Assembly (NCBI GenBank): GCA_964291285.2
Contig: OZ219788.1
Coordinates: 192,001 to 256,000, forward strand
Origin: Alphaproteobacteria bacterium
GTDB taxonomy: Bacteria > Pseudomonadota > Alphaproteobacteria > Bin95
Direction of reading: 5' to 3'
Length of the DNA: 64,000 bases
Under the pieces are notes generated by a model. The model worked only from the letters and a program-made list of their open reading frames with translations, searched no databases and was not told the DNA's origin. Of this stretch, positions 20,029-30,516 are shown piece by piece (positions within the stretch are counted from its first letter, which is position 1; every line of letters starts with the position of its first letter). The translations under genes and the position numbers were made by a program.

Positions 20029-20988
20029 GTGCGTCCGCCCGCCTTCTGGAACGATGCGGGCGCGCCGCAAGGCCGGCTGCTCGCCCCGGCCGGCTGGCTT
20101 TACGCCCTGCTTTCGCGGCCCGGGCGCGGCAGGGCCCGCAGGGCGCCGGTGCCGGTCGTGTGCATCGGCAATGCCGTGCTGGGCGGGGCCGGAAAGACGC
20201 CGGTCGCGCTTGCCGTCGCGGAACGCCTCGCCGCCGCCGGGCACCGCCCGCACTTCCTCTCGCGCGGCTATGGCGGGCGGCTGCGCGGCCCGGTGCAGGT
20301 GGACCCGGCGGCGCATGGCGCGGGCGATGTCGGCGACGAACCGCTGCTGCTGGCCCGCGCCGCGCCGGCCTGGGTGGCGCGCAACCGTCCCGCCGGCGCG
20401 CTCGCCGCGGCCGGGGCCGGCGCCAGCATCCTCGTGATGGACGACGGCTTCCAGAACGGGAGCCTCGCCAAGGACGTGGCCGTCCTCGTGGCCGACGGCG
20501 CTGTCGGCTACGGCAACGGCCGCGTCTTCCCGGCGGGACCTTTGCGCGAACCGGCCGCCGCCGCCCATGCGCGCGCCGATGCGCTTGTCGTGGTGGGCCG
20601 CCCCCGTTGCGCCCTGCCGAACGGCCTGCCCCGGCTTGAGGCGCGTCTCATGCCGGGGCCGGGCAGCGAGCGGCTCGCGGGCGAAGCGGTATTCGGCTTC
20701 GCCGGCATCGGCCGGCCGGCCAAATTCGCCGAGACGCTGCAGGAGTTGGGTGCGCGGCTGGTCGATTTCCGCGCCTTTCCGGACCACCACGCCTACCGGC
20801 CGGAGGAGGCGATGGCGCTGCTTGAGCAGGCGGCGGCGCTCGGCGCAAGATGCGTCACGACCGAGAAGGACGCCGTGCGCCTGCCAGCGGACATCCGCGA
20901 TGCGGTCGAGACGGTCGCCGTCGACATCGAATGGCGCGACCCCGGCGGCCTCGACCGCCTGCTGCAGGAAAAGGGACTGATCGGATGA
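20029..20988 (+). CDS. lpxK: tetraacyldisaccharide 4'-kinase
   Basis: CIGN...GGAGKTP, SRGYGG, GDEPLLL, DDGFQ, PAGPLRE, FPDHH, TTEKD. Confidence 0.95.
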   Translation: MRPPAFWNDAGAPQGRLLAPAGWLYALLSRPGRGRARRAPVPVVCIGNAVLGGAGKTPVALAVAERLAAAGHRPHFLSRGYGGRLRGPVQVDPAAHGAGDVGDEPLLLARAAPAWVARNRPAGALAAAGAGASILVMDDGFQNGSLAKDVAVLVADGAVGYGNGRVFPAGPLREPAAAAHARADALVVVGRPRCALPNGLPRLEARLMPGPGSERLAGEAVFGFAGIGRPAKFAETLQELGARLVDFRAFPDHHAYRPEEAMALLEQAAALGARCVTTEKDAVRLPADIRDAVETVAVDIEWRDPGGLDRLLQEKGLIG

Positions 20989-21551
20989 CGGAACCGGATG
21001 CCGTGCTCGAGTTCTGGTTCGGCCCGCCCGAGGCTCCCGATTTCGGCTGGCCGCGCGAGGTCTGGTTCCGGGGCGGGCCGGAGTTCGACGAGTCGTGCCG
21101 CCGGTTCGAGCCCTCCGTCGAAGAGGCGATCGCCGGCGGCTTCGACGAGTGGCGCTGGCGGCCGCGGCACTGCCTCGCCCTCATCCTGCTGCTCGACCAG
21201 TTCCCCCGGAACATCTACCGGGGCACGGCGCGGGCCTTCGCCGGCGACCCGCGCGCCCGCGAGCTCGCGCATTTCGCCGTGGCGCGCGGCTTCGACCGCG
21301 GGGCGCCTTGCAGCCTCCGGGCGTTCTTCTACCTGCCGCTGGAGCACAGCGAATCGCTCGCCGACCAGGAACTCGTCGTGCGCCTGTTCGATGCCTATGG
21401 ACCCGCCGGCAGCCGCGAATACGGCCGCAAGCACCGCGAGATCATCCGCCGCTTCGGGCGCTTCCCCCACCGCAATGCCGTACTCGGCCGGACCTCCACG
21501 CCCGAGGAAGAGGCCTTCGCCGCCGACCCGGAAAACCGCTTCGGGCAGTAG
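20985..21551 (+). CDS. DUF924 family protein
   Basis: VLEFWF, LDQFPRNIYRG, FFYLPLEHSE, RFGRFPHRN.VLGR. Confidence 0.9.
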   Translation: MTEPDAVLEFWFGPPEAPDFGWPREVWFRGGPEFDESCRRFEPSVEEAIAGGFDEWRWRPRHCLALILLLDQFPRNIYRGTARAFAGDPRARELAHFAVARGFDRGAPCSLRAFFYLPLEHSESLADQELVVRLFDAYGPAGSREYGRKHREIIRRFGRFPHRNAVLGRTSTPEEEAFAADPENRFGQ

Positions 21552-21660
21552 GAGAGCACCGGCCTGCGCAGGCCGCCGCCCCGGCCTTCTTCCCGTCATG
21601 CCCGCCCCCCATATCGTCATGCCCGGACTTGTTCCACTGCTGTCCGGTTGACGCTCTATC

Positions 21661-21762
21661 TCGTCTCCCCGGCCCCCGAGCCGGGGCCTCGGGCGGCTTG
21701 CGCGGCGTCGAAAGGCCGTGTCCTGGCGTCGCGAGGCCCCGGCTCGGGGGCCGGGGCGACGA
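21661..21762. repeat. REP/REPIN-like inverted repeat (31-bp arms)
   Basis: 21661-21691 TCGTCTCCCCGGCCCCCGAGCCGGGGCCTCG is inverted at 21732-21762 with 1 mismatch. Confidence 0.8.
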
Positions 21763-21780
21763 AGAGGAGGCCGCGCCCTC

Positions 21781-21910
21781 TCCCCTCATCCTGAGTAGCG
21801 ACCGCGTCAGCGGGCGCGTATCGAAGGACCGTCCCGAAGCGCCAGCAGCCGTCCTTCGATACGCGCCGGCCTTCGCAGGGCGAAGGCCGGCGCTACTCAG
21901 GATGAGGGGA
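21781..21910. repeat. branched palindromic REP-like element
   Basis: CCTCATCCTGAGTAGCG...CGCTACTCAGGATGAGG enclosing GCGTATCGAAGGAC/GTCCTTCGATACGC and GCCGGCCTTCG/CGAAGGCCGGC. Confidence 0.8.
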
Positions 21911-21957
21911 GGGCGCCAATCCGTGTCCCGATCCGACGGGAGCGGACGGGAGGCTAC

Positions 21958-22728
21958 CTACCGCCAGCCGCCGCCGCCGTTCACATAGACGGTGTCGGCG
22001 GTCATGAACTCGCAGGCGTCGGAGCACATGAAGAGCACGAGCTCGCCGATCTCCTCCGGCTTGCCGAAGCGCCCCATCGGCACGTCCGAGAGGAAGGTCG
22101 CCATGGTGTCGGGCGTCGTCGCGGCCGCGGCCTGGAACGGCGTCTCGACGGGGCCCGGAGAGATCGACAGGCAGCGTATGCCCCGGCTTGCGAACTCCCT
22201 CGCCACGCCGAGCGTCATGGTCAGCACCGCGCCCTTGGCGGAGGCGTAGTGCACGGACGTGCCGGGCCCGCCGCGCTTGTGGGACATGGAGGCGACATTG
22301 ACGATCACGCCCCTGCCGTTCTCAAGCATGTGCGGCAGCACCGCCTGCATGCCGTAGAGCACGCCGTCCACATTGATCGCCCATGTCCGGCGCCACAGGT
22401 CGTCGTCGATATCGAGGAAGGCCGACCGGCGCACGGCGGCGCCGGCGCAGTTGAACATGAAGTCGATCCGCCCGAACTCGCGAATGGCCTCCGCGACCGC
22501 CGCGTTCACGTCCTCCCGGCGGGTCACGTCGGTGGCGACGGCAAGCGCCCGGCCCCCGGTCTGGCGGATGATTTCCACCGTGTTCTCGTTGCCCTCCCCG
22601 TCGATGTCGCAGGCGACGACATGGGCGCCTTCGCGCGTGAAGATCTGCGCCGTCGCCCGGCCGATGCCGCTCGCAGCCCCGGTGATGACGATGGTCTTGC
22701 CCTGGAAGTAACCCGGCGTGCCGGTCAT
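21958..22728 (-). CDS. SDR family oxidoreductase
   Basis: TGAASGIG, NCAG, YASAK, ISPG. Confidence 0.92.
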   Translation of the reverse strand: MTGTPGYFQGKTIVITGAASGIGRATAQIFTREGAHVVACDIDGEGNENTVEIIRQTGGRALAVATDVTRREDVNAAVAEAIREFGRIDFMFNCAGAAVRRSAFLDIDDDLWRRTWAINVDGVLYGMQAVLPHMLENGRGVIVNVASMSHKRGGPGTSVHYASAKGAVLTMTLGVAREFASRGIRCLSISPGPVETPFQAAAATTPDTMATFLSDVPMGRFGKPEEIGELVLFMCSDACEFMTADTVYVNGGGGWR

Positions 22729-22823
22729 GGAGGATTGCCTCGCTGTTTCGCCCTCTTTCTGGATAGCGCGGCGGGAATTTCCCATCAAGCGGCGCCTTGC
22801 GCGGCATCCTGCGACAGGGGCGG

Positions 22824-23258
22824 CTACCGGTTGTGGGGCGGATTCCTCGCGGCCTGCACTTCCCTGACCCGCTCCGGCCAGGTTGACCGGATATAGGCGA
22901 GGATGTCCCAGATCCCGTCATCGCTCAGGACATCCGCAAACCCCTGCATGCCGCTCTTCGGCCCGCGGATGCCGCGCGCCGCGAACAGTGCTTCGCCGCC
23001 GAGTTTGGTGTAGTCGAACAGCAGCCGGTTGTCGTGGTGCCAGGTGTGGCCGGTCGCATCGTGGGGCGGCGCGGGAAAGACGCCGTCCGGACCGGGCTGC
23101 CGCCAGTCGGGCTGGCCCTCCAGCTTCGCCCCGTGGCAGGAGGCGCAGTGCTCCGCATAGAGCGCCTGCCCGTTTTCCAGATCGCGGTCGTCCAGTTCGT
23201 GGCCCGCGAACGCAGCCGCCGGAACCAGAAACGCGACGAGCGCAAGAGCGTGTCTCAC
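22824..23258 (-). CDS. c-type cytochrome
   Basis: Signal peptide, CASCH haem motif, PAPPHDATGHTWHH. Confidence 0.9.
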   Translation of the reverse strand: MRHALALVAFLVPAAAFAGHELDDRDLENGQALYAEHCASCHGAKLEGQPDWRQPGPDGVFPAPPHDATGHTWHHDNRLLFDYTKLGGEALFAARGIRGPKSGMQGFADVLSDDGIWDILAYIRSTWPERVREVQAARNPPHNR

Positions 23259-23271
23259 GGCCCCGCAGCCC

Positions 23272-23718
23272 TCAGTGACAGGCTTTCCCGAGCGCCTTCA
23301 GCCGCCAGTAATTGTAGGGCAGCGGGGTGACGAAGCCGGCGGCCAGCATGAGCGGCACGACCCACCATGTCAGCACCGCACCGCCGGTCAGCGCCCAGTC
23401 CACCGCGTTCATCATCGCCTCCATGGAGATCATCGAGATGAACGACATGCCGATCGCCGTCCGGAAGGCGGTGCGAACGGCCATCTGGCGGGAGAGGATG
23501 ATTGTCTCCAGCGCGATGGAGGTCAGCAGCCCGTTCACGATGGCGAGGATCATGATGGCCATGGTCGGCCAGGGAATCCCGGTGAACTGGAAGAAGGCGA
23601 TGGTGCCGAAGTCGCCGATGGCGCAGCCCAGCAGGCACCAGGCCGTGTTCTTCGAGGCCCGCCGCCATGTGTGGCGGCAGTGCCAGTCGATGGCGACGCT
23701 TGCAGCTATGGCGACCAT
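23272..23718 (-). CDS. DUF4396 membrane protein
   Basis: T.WCLLGC.IGD, MS.ISM..ME, P.NYW...GK motifs. Confidence 0.8.
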   Translation of the reverse strand: MVAIAASVAIDWHCRHTWRRASKNTAWCLLGCAIGDFGTIAFFQFTGIPWPTMAIMILAIVNGLLTSIALETIILSRQMAVRTAFRTAIGMSFISMISMEAMMNAVDWALTGGAVLTWWVVPLMLAAGFVTPLPYNYWRLKALGKACH

Positions 23719-23748
23719 GGCGATGCCTCTTGCCCCGTCTTCACCGGC

Positions 23749-23779
23749 AACATAGTGTTTCCAGTTACTGGAAGGTCAA
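23749..23779 (-). promoter_or_regulatory. MerR/CueR-type promoter-operator for the DUF4396 and cytochrome c genes
   Basis: Minus strand TTGACC-19 bp-TATGTT, with the dyad TTCCAGT-A-ACTGGAA in the spacer. Confidence 0.8.
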
Positions 23780-23791
23780 GCGCCGAAGCCC

Positions 23792-24205
23792 ATGAATATC
23801 TCCGCCGCCTCGAAAGCCGCGGGACTGCCCGCGAAGACGGTGCGCTACTATGCCGATATCGGGCTGGTGCCGGCCCCGGCGCGGTCGGAGTCCGGCTACC
23901 GGAGCTACGACGGCGCCTCGGTGCGGAAGCTCGTCTTCGTGCGCCGGGCGCGGGAGTTCGGGTTTTCGATCTCGGAGTGCCGGGACCTGCTCGGCCTCTA
24001 CGAGGACCGCCGGCGTTCCAGCGCGGACGTCAAGCGCATCGCAACGGCGCGCCTGGAGGAGATTGCGAAGAAGCAGCGCGAACTCCAGTCGCTGCATGAC
24101 GAGCTCGCCCATCTCGTCGATGCCTGCCGGGGCGACGACCGGCCGGACTGCCCGATCATCGACAGCCTGGGCAATCCCCGCGGCGGACCCCGTCAGGCGC
24201 CCTGA
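23792..24205 (+). CDS. cueR: Cu(I)-responsive MerR-family regulator
   Basis: MNIS..S...GLPAKTVRYY, C-terminal C.GDDRPDCPII metal loop. Confidence 0.9.
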   Translation: MNISAASKAAGLPAKTVRYYADIGLVPAPARSESGYRSYDGASVRKLVFVRRAREFGFSISECRDLLGLYEDRRRSSADVKRIATARLEEIAKKQRELQSLHDELAHLVDACRGDDRPDCPIIDSLGNPRGGPRQAP

Positions 24206-24221
24206 GCCGGCGGCTGCCGCC

Positions 24222-24413
24222 TCAGTGCCTGCCGCCCGGCTCGCGGGTGTGGTGCGCGATCAGCCAGAAGACGAAGGCCGTGCAGCCGAGGAACCCGGCC
24301 CAGGCGATCCACTCCATCGCGCCGTGCATCCGGCTCGCCACGAACAGGAAGCCCGCCGCGCAGAGGATCATCGTCATCCCGTAGAGATATTTGCCGACCC
24401 CGTTGTCCCACAC
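24222..24413 (-). CDS. small two-TM hypothetical membrane protein
   Basis: Two hydrophobic segments; GGAGG RBS upstream of the GTG. Confidence 0.5.
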   Translation of the reverse strand: MWDNGVGKYLYGMTMILCAAGFLFVASRMHGAMEWIAWAGFLGCTAFVFWLIAHHTREPGGRH

Positions 24414-24596
24414 GGCCTGGGCCTCCCCTTCTCGTCCCCGCCGGTTCTAGCGGACGGGCGCGGGGCGTTCAACGCCGCTCGGCTCCCTGCGCCGCCCTGC
24501 CGCGTCACCGCGCCGCGCCTTGATTACGGAAAGGACCGTCTTTAGGGTCCGCCCGACCCCTGCGCGAGCGATGCGACGAAGGAAACAGGCGCCCCC

Positions 24597-25450
<854 letters not shown>

Positions 25451-25451
<1 letters not shown>

Positions 25452-26635
25452 TGCTCATCAACTTCTTTTTCGACGTAAAGAAGGCGAAGATACCGGCGAC
25501 GATCCGCGAGTTCCTCATGCTGATCGAGGCGATGGACAAGCGCCTCGTGATGTACAATATCGACGATTTCTACTATCTCTCCCGCTCCGCGCTGGTGAAG
25601 GACGAGAAATATTTCGACCGCTACGACCGCGTCTTCGGGACCTTCTTCAAGGGCGTCGAGGAGATAACGGCGACGCTGTTCGGCGACGACATTCCCGAGG
25701 AATGGCTGCTGCTGCAGGCGGAGAAGCTGTTCAGCGAGGAGGACAAGGCGGCCATCGAGGCCATGGGCGGCTGGGAGAAGCTCATGGAGGAGCTTCGCAA
25801 GCGGCTGGAGGAACAGAAGGAGCGCCACCAGGGCGGCAACCGCTGGATCGGCACCGCCGGAACCTCGCCCTACGGCACGGGCGGCTACAACCCGGAGGGC
25901 GTTGCGATCGGCCAGCGCCGCCGCCGGCAGGGCCGCGCGCTGAAGGTGTGGGACAAGCGCGAATACAAGAACTATGACGACCACGTCCAGATCGGCATCC
26001 GCAACATCCAGCTGGCGCTCAGGCGGCTGCGCGACTTCGCGCGCGTGGGCGAGGACGACGAGCTCGATCTCGACGGGACGATCCGCAGCACCGCGCACAA
26101 TGGCGGGCTGCTCGACATCATCATGCGCCCGGAGCGCCGCAACCGCGTCAAGGTGCTGATGTTCTTCGATGTCGGCGGCTCGATGGACGACCATATCCGG
26201 GTCTGCGAGGAGCTGTTCTCGGCCGCGCGCACCGAGTTCAAGCATCTCGAATACTACTATTTCCACAACTTCACCTATGAATATATGTGGCGGGACAACC
26301 GTAGGCGCCACGAGCAGCGCACGCCGACCTGGGATGTCATCAACACCTATCCCAAGGACTACAAGGTGATCTTCGTCGGCGACGCCTTCATGAGTCCCTA
26401 TGAGATCACCTACAAGGGCGGCTCCGTGGAGCACTGGAACGAGGAGCCCGGCCTGCTCTGGGCGCAGCGCATGCTGGACCAGTGGCCGAACGCCATCTGG
26501 CTGAACCCGCGCCCCGAGACGCGCTGGGAGCACACCCCCTCGACGATGATCGTCAGGGAGGTCATGGCCAACCGCATGTTCCCGCTTTCCATCGACGGCC
26601 TCGACCGGGGCCTCCGGGTGCTCACCGCCGCCTGA
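25451..26635 (+). CDS. VWA domain protein (CoxE-like MoxR partner)
   Basis: MIDAS-like DVGGSMDDH, VGDA.MSPYE; TGATG coupling to the MoxR gene. Confidence 0.9.
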
Positions 26636-27090
26636 TGCTGCGGTTCGCCCTGGCGGCTGCGCTTGCCGCATCCCTTGCGGCAACCGTTCCGGCCGCAGCC
26701 AACGGGCCGCTGACGGTGGAGGACGCCCGGGCGCGCATCCTCCTGCCATCCCGGCCGGGCGCGGCTTGGCTCACGATCCGCAACACGGGCGGCGAAGACC
26801 GGCTGGTCGGCGCGGAAAGCCCGGCGGCGGAGCGCGTCGAGATTCACACGCATGTCCACGAAGGCGGCGTGATGATGATGCGCCGGGTGGAAGCCATCGA
26901 CATCCCGGCCGGCGGCGAAGCCGCGCTGGAGCCCGGCGGCGACCATCTGATGCTGTTCGGCCTGAAAGCCGGGCTGAAGACGGGCGGCAGCTTTCCGCTC
27001 ACGCTCCTGTTCGGGAAGGCCGGCCCGGTGACGGTCGAAGTCCGCGTGGCGCCGCTCGCCGAGACGATGCCGAAGCGCAAAAGTCGGTGA
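26635..27090 (+). CDS. copper chaperone PCu(A)C
   Basis: Signal peptide; EIH....GVMMMR, LEPGG.HLML. Confidence 0.9.
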   Translation: MLRFALAAALAASLAATVPAAANGPLTVEDARARILLPSRPGAAWLTIRNTGGEDRLVGAESPAAERVEIHTHVHEGGVMMMRRVEAIDIPAGGEAALEPGGDHLMLFGLKAGLKTGGSFPLTLLFGKAGPVTVEVRVAPLAETMPKRKSR

Positions 27091-27110
27091 CGCGGCGGAC
27101 CGGCGCGCGT

Positions 27111-27737
27111 TCAGCCGAGCAGCGCGCCCTCCAGCGCCTCGACGGTGAAGGCCAGGCCGATGCCGACGCATACCGCGCCCGCAAGCCGCGGCTGCAGGGC
27201 CGCGGCAGAGCCGGCTTTCCACACGCCCCGCACCAGGGCGGCGGCGGCGAGCGCAATGACCATCTGCACGGCCGCAAGGCCGACCAGATAGGCGAGGACC
27301 GGCGTCGGCTCCGCGCCGATGACGGCCTCGCCATAGGCCGCGCCGTGGAAGAGGCCGGCCAGGGCGAACAGCGGCGCTGCGGCGGGCGCCGGCAGGCCGC
27401 GCCCGAACAGCACCATGCCGCCGAGCAGCAACACTGAAAGCGCAATGACCGGCTCGACCATCGGCAGGGCCACCGAGCCGACCGTGAGCAGGCAGCCCCC
27501 CGTCATGCCGGTGACGGCTGCAAGCGGCGGCGCCCAGATATTGCGCATGAAGGCCGCCGCCAGGCCGACCGCCGCGACGAAGGCGAAATGGTCGATCCCG
27601 ATCACGGGATGGCCGATGCCGGAAAGCAGCCCGTGCATGAAGGTCGCCGGCACCGCGCCGCCCATCGGGTGGTGGGCGAAGGCGGGCGCGGCGGCAAACA
27701 ACAGCGGCAGGGCGGCCAGAGCGATGCGGGACGGCAT
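27111..27737 (-). CDS. HupE/UreJ family metal transporter
   Basis: AFAHH, GIGHP..GIDH, FHG.AYG. Confidence 0.88.
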   Translation of the reverse strand: MPSRIALAALPLLFAAAPAFAHHPMGGAVPATFMHGLLSGIGHPVIGIDHFAFVAAVGLAAAFMRNIWAPPLAAVTGMTGGCLLTVGSVALPMVEPVIALSVLLLGGMVLFGRGLPAPAAAPLFALAGLFHGAAYGEAVIGAEPTPVLAYLVGLAAVQMVIALAAAALVRGVWKAGSAAALQPRLAGAVCVGIGLAFTVEALEGALLG

Positions 27738-27892
27738 TGGCGCGGTATCCTCTATAAGCGGAATCGAAGGGCGGACCCTACAATTGCATTTTTCTATTGT
27801 CGATGCCCGGCCGGGGCGGGACGTGTATTCCCGGGGCGCGGCCCGGCGGTAATCTGCGCCCGGCCGGACCAAACCCGGGAGACGGAGGTTCG

Positions 27893-28819
27893 ATGGCGCT
27901 TGGAGTCGCAGGCATGCGGGTCGGAATGTGGACCGACCCGGTCCATCACACGGGCTGCACCGTGGTCCTGCCGCCGGCCGGGACCGTGGGCGGCATCGCG
28001 GTGCGCGGCGGCGCGCCCGGCACGCGCGAGGCGGCCGTGCTCGGGCCCTCGGCGCCGAACGAAGCCTGCCATGCGGTCCTGCTTTGCGGGTCGAGCCTGT
28101 TCGGCCTCCGCGCCGCCGACGGGGTGGTGGACTGGTGCGAGACGCAGGGCATCGGCCTCGCGCTGGCGGCGGGCCGGTTTCCCATTGTGGGCGCAGCGGT
28201 GGTGTTCGACGTCCGCAGCCCGGACATGCGCCGCATCGACCGGGAGGCGGGCCGGGCGGCCTGCGAGGCGGCGACCGGGGACGAGCCTGCCAGCGGGTCC
28301 GTCGGCGTCGGCGCCGGCTGCACGGTCGGCAAGGAGGCGGGGCCCGCCTAGGCGAGCAAGGGCGGCCAGGGGAGCGCGGTGCGGCGGGTCGGCAGCCTTG
28401 CGGTGGGCGCGCTGGTGGCGGTGAACGCGCTCGGCAGCGTGCTGGGTGAAGACGGCCGGGTGCTCGCCGGCTGCCGCGCGCCAGAGGACGTGCCGCGCTA
28501 TCCCTACGCCGGACGGCCGGACAGTCCGTCCGACACCGTCATCGGCTGCATCGCAACCAATGCCCGGCTGCGGAAGCCGGAAGCCTGCCGCGTCGCGGAC
28601 CTCGCCCATACCGGCATCGCGCGGACGGTCTTGCCCGCCCACACAAGCCTCGACGGCGACGCGCTCTTCACGCTCGCAACCGGAGACGTCGAGGCCGGCC
28701 TCGACCTTGTTGCGGAACTCGCGGCCCGGGCCGTAGCGGACGCCGTCCGCGCAGCCGCGCGCCATGCCCGGGGCATCCCCGGCTTCCCCGCCGATCCGAG
28801 GGCGCAGCGCGTGACCTGA
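27893..28819 (+). pseudogene. P1/DmpA (S58) family peptidase with one in-frame TAG at 28349-28351
   Basis: TGCTVV, RGGAPGTRE, GSVGVGAG.TVGK then TAG then ASKGG.GSA, VNA.G, HT..DGD.LF, all in one frame. Confidence 0.8.
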
Positions 28820-28835
28820 TCCGGATTTCTCACGC

Positions 28836-28877
28836 TTGACTTCGCCCAATCCGACTCCTGTTTTATATGCATAAAAC
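28836..28877 (+). promoter_or_regulatory. TA operon promoter with palindromic operator
   Basis: TTGACT at 28836; palindrome GTTTTAT-ATGC-ATAAAAC at 28860-28877 just upstream of the antitoxin. Confidence 0.55.
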
Positions 28878-28890
28878 CAAATAGACGCCC

Positions 28891-29148
28891 ATGCACACGA
28901 CCCACCTGCGCCGGGCCGGCGGTTCGGTCATGCTTGCAGTGCCGCCTGCCCTTCTCGACCTCCCGAATCCCGGAATCGGGGCCAAAATGGATATCGGCAT
29001 TGAGGACGGCCGCCTGATCGTCGCGCCCAGGGCCCGGCCCCATTACTCGCTCGACGGGCTTCTGGCGCAATGCGACGAGGATTCGGTCATTTCGGCCGAC
29101 GACCGCTCATGGCTTGCCTCAAGCCCGGTCGGCAAAGAACTGCTGTAG
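28891..29148 (+). CDS. PemI/MazE-type antitoxin (AbrB fold)
   Basis: MHTT.LR..GGSVML.VPP, P.YSL..LLAQCD. Confidence 0.88.
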   Translation: MHTTHLRRAGGSVMLAVPPALLDLPNPGIGAKMDIGIEDGRLIVAPRARPHYSLDGLLAQCDEDSVISADDRSWLASSPVGKELL

Positions 29149-29480
29149 TGGAACGCGGGGCGATCTGGCTCGTCAGCCTGGACCCCGCTGCCGGCCATGA
29201 ACAACAGGGCACGCGCCCGGTGTTGATCGTGTCCCCTGCCGCCTTCAACCGGGTGACCGGTACGCCGGTCGTCCTGCCGATCACGACGGGGGGAGGCTTC
29301 GCGCGCCGTCGAGCGTTCGCCGTATCCCTGGAGAATGCCGGAACCCGGACGACGGGCGCTATCCGCTGCGACCAGCCACGCGCCCTCGACCTTGCCGCCC
29401 GCAAGGGAAGGCGTCTCGAATCCGTGTCCGAACCCATCGTGGAGGATGTGCTCGCCCGCCTTGCCGCCATTCTCGAATAG
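29148..29480 (+). CDS. PemK/MazF family toxin
   Basis: RG.IWLVSLDP..GHEQ.G.RPVLIVS, PIT, CDQ.RALD. Confidence 0.9.
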   Translation: MERGAIWLVSLDPAAGHEQQGTRPVLIVSPAAFNRVTGTPVVLPITTGGGFARRRAFAVSLENAGTRTTGAIRCDQPRALDLAARKGRRLESVSEPIVEDVLARLAAILE

Positions 29481-29497
29481 CCGGCTCCGACCCGCCC

Positions 29498-30004
29498 TCA
29501 AACCACCGCCGGGCTTCGCCTTTCCAGCAGCATGACGTCGCGCCATTCGCCGGCCAGCGGGCCGTGGGTCATGCGACCGAGGCGTTCGCGGACGCCGACC
29601 TGGCGGAAGCCGAATTTGCGGTGGAGCGCGATGCTGGCGGCGTTCTCCGGGAAAATGCCGGCCTGAAGCGTCCAGAGGCCGGCCGCTTCCGACGATTCGA
29701 TCAGCGCGCCGAGCAGCCGGTCGCCGACGCCCCGGCCGCGCACGCCGTCCGCCAGATAGATCGAGACCTCCCCGACGCCGGCATAGACCGGCCGGGAGGA
29801 CACCGGCGACAGCGCCGCCCAGCCGACGACCGCGCCGCCCTCTTCCGCCACCAGCCGGCAGCATTCGAGATGGCCGGCATCCCATTCCTCCCATGCGGGC
29901 ACGGTCTCCTGGAAGCTCGCATGGCCGGTGGCGATGCCGCCGCCGTAGATCGCGAGCACGGCAGGGCCGTCCGCCGCCCGCATCGACCGGATGTCAACCA
30001 TCAT
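29498..30004 (-). CDS. GNAT N-acetyltransferase (phosphinothricin acetyltransferase-like)
   Basis: IY..GI.TG.ASF, E.SIY, RG.GVG, IFPEN.AS..LH, WRDV..LERRS. Confidence 0.88.
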   Translation of the reverse strand: MMVDIRSMRAADGPAVLAIYGGGIATGHASFQETVPAWEEWDAGHLECCRLVAEEGGAVVGWAALSPVSSRPVYAGVGEVSIYLADGVRGRGVGDRLLGALIESSEAAGLWTLQAGIFPENAASIALHRKFGFRQVGVRERLGRMTHGPLAGEWRDVMLLERRSPAVV

Positions 30005-30516
30005 TCGTCATAGACGACGAGGCTGACGACCGGCGCGTCGATCCGCGCCCGGCCGCCGAGAAAGCCGAGCTCCACCAGACAGACCGCGCCCCGCACGTCC
30101 GCGCCGATGCGCCGCAGGAGTTCGATGCCGGCGCCGAAGGTGCCGCCGGTGGCGAGCAGGTCGTCCACCACCACCACCCGCTCGCCCGGCCGGACCGCGT
30201 CCGCCTGGATTTCGATGGTGTCGGTCCCATATTCGAGGTCGTAGTGATGCGAGACCACATCGCCCGGCAGCTTGCCGTGCTTGCGCAGCATGGTGAAGCC
30301 GATGCCGAGCCGGTCCGCCACCGGGGCCGACACCAGGAAGCCGCGCGCCTCGATGCCTGCCAGCCGGTCGGCGCCGAAATCCTCCACGGCCTCGCAGAGC
30401 CGGTCCACGGCGTAGCGCCAGGCCCTGCCGTTCCCGATCAGGGTCGAGATGTCGTAGAACAGGATGCCGGGCTTCGGGTAGTCGGGGATCGTCCGGATGC
30501 AGGATTTGAGGTCCAT
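30001..30516 (-). CDS. apt: adenine phosphoribosyltransferase
   Basis: IPDYPKPGILF.DI, IEARGF, RK.GKLPG, LEYG, VDDLLATGGT. Confidence 0.95.
   Translation of the reverse strand: MDLKSCIRTIPDYPKPGILFYDISTLIGNGRAWRYAVDRLCEAVEDFGADRLAGIEARGFLVSAPVADRLGIGFTMLRKHGKLPGDVVSHHYDLEYGTDTIEIQADAVRPGERVVVVDDLLATGGTFGAGIELLRRIGADVRGAVCLVELGFLGGRARIDAPVVSLVVYDE

Noticed and set aside
21595-21916. CRISPR array
   Set aside because: Inverted, non-periodic repeats without unique spacers; no cas genes
28349-28351. Pyrrolysine decoding of the amber codon
   Set aside because: Non-catalytic variable position and no pyl genes in view; a nonsense mutation or error is simpler
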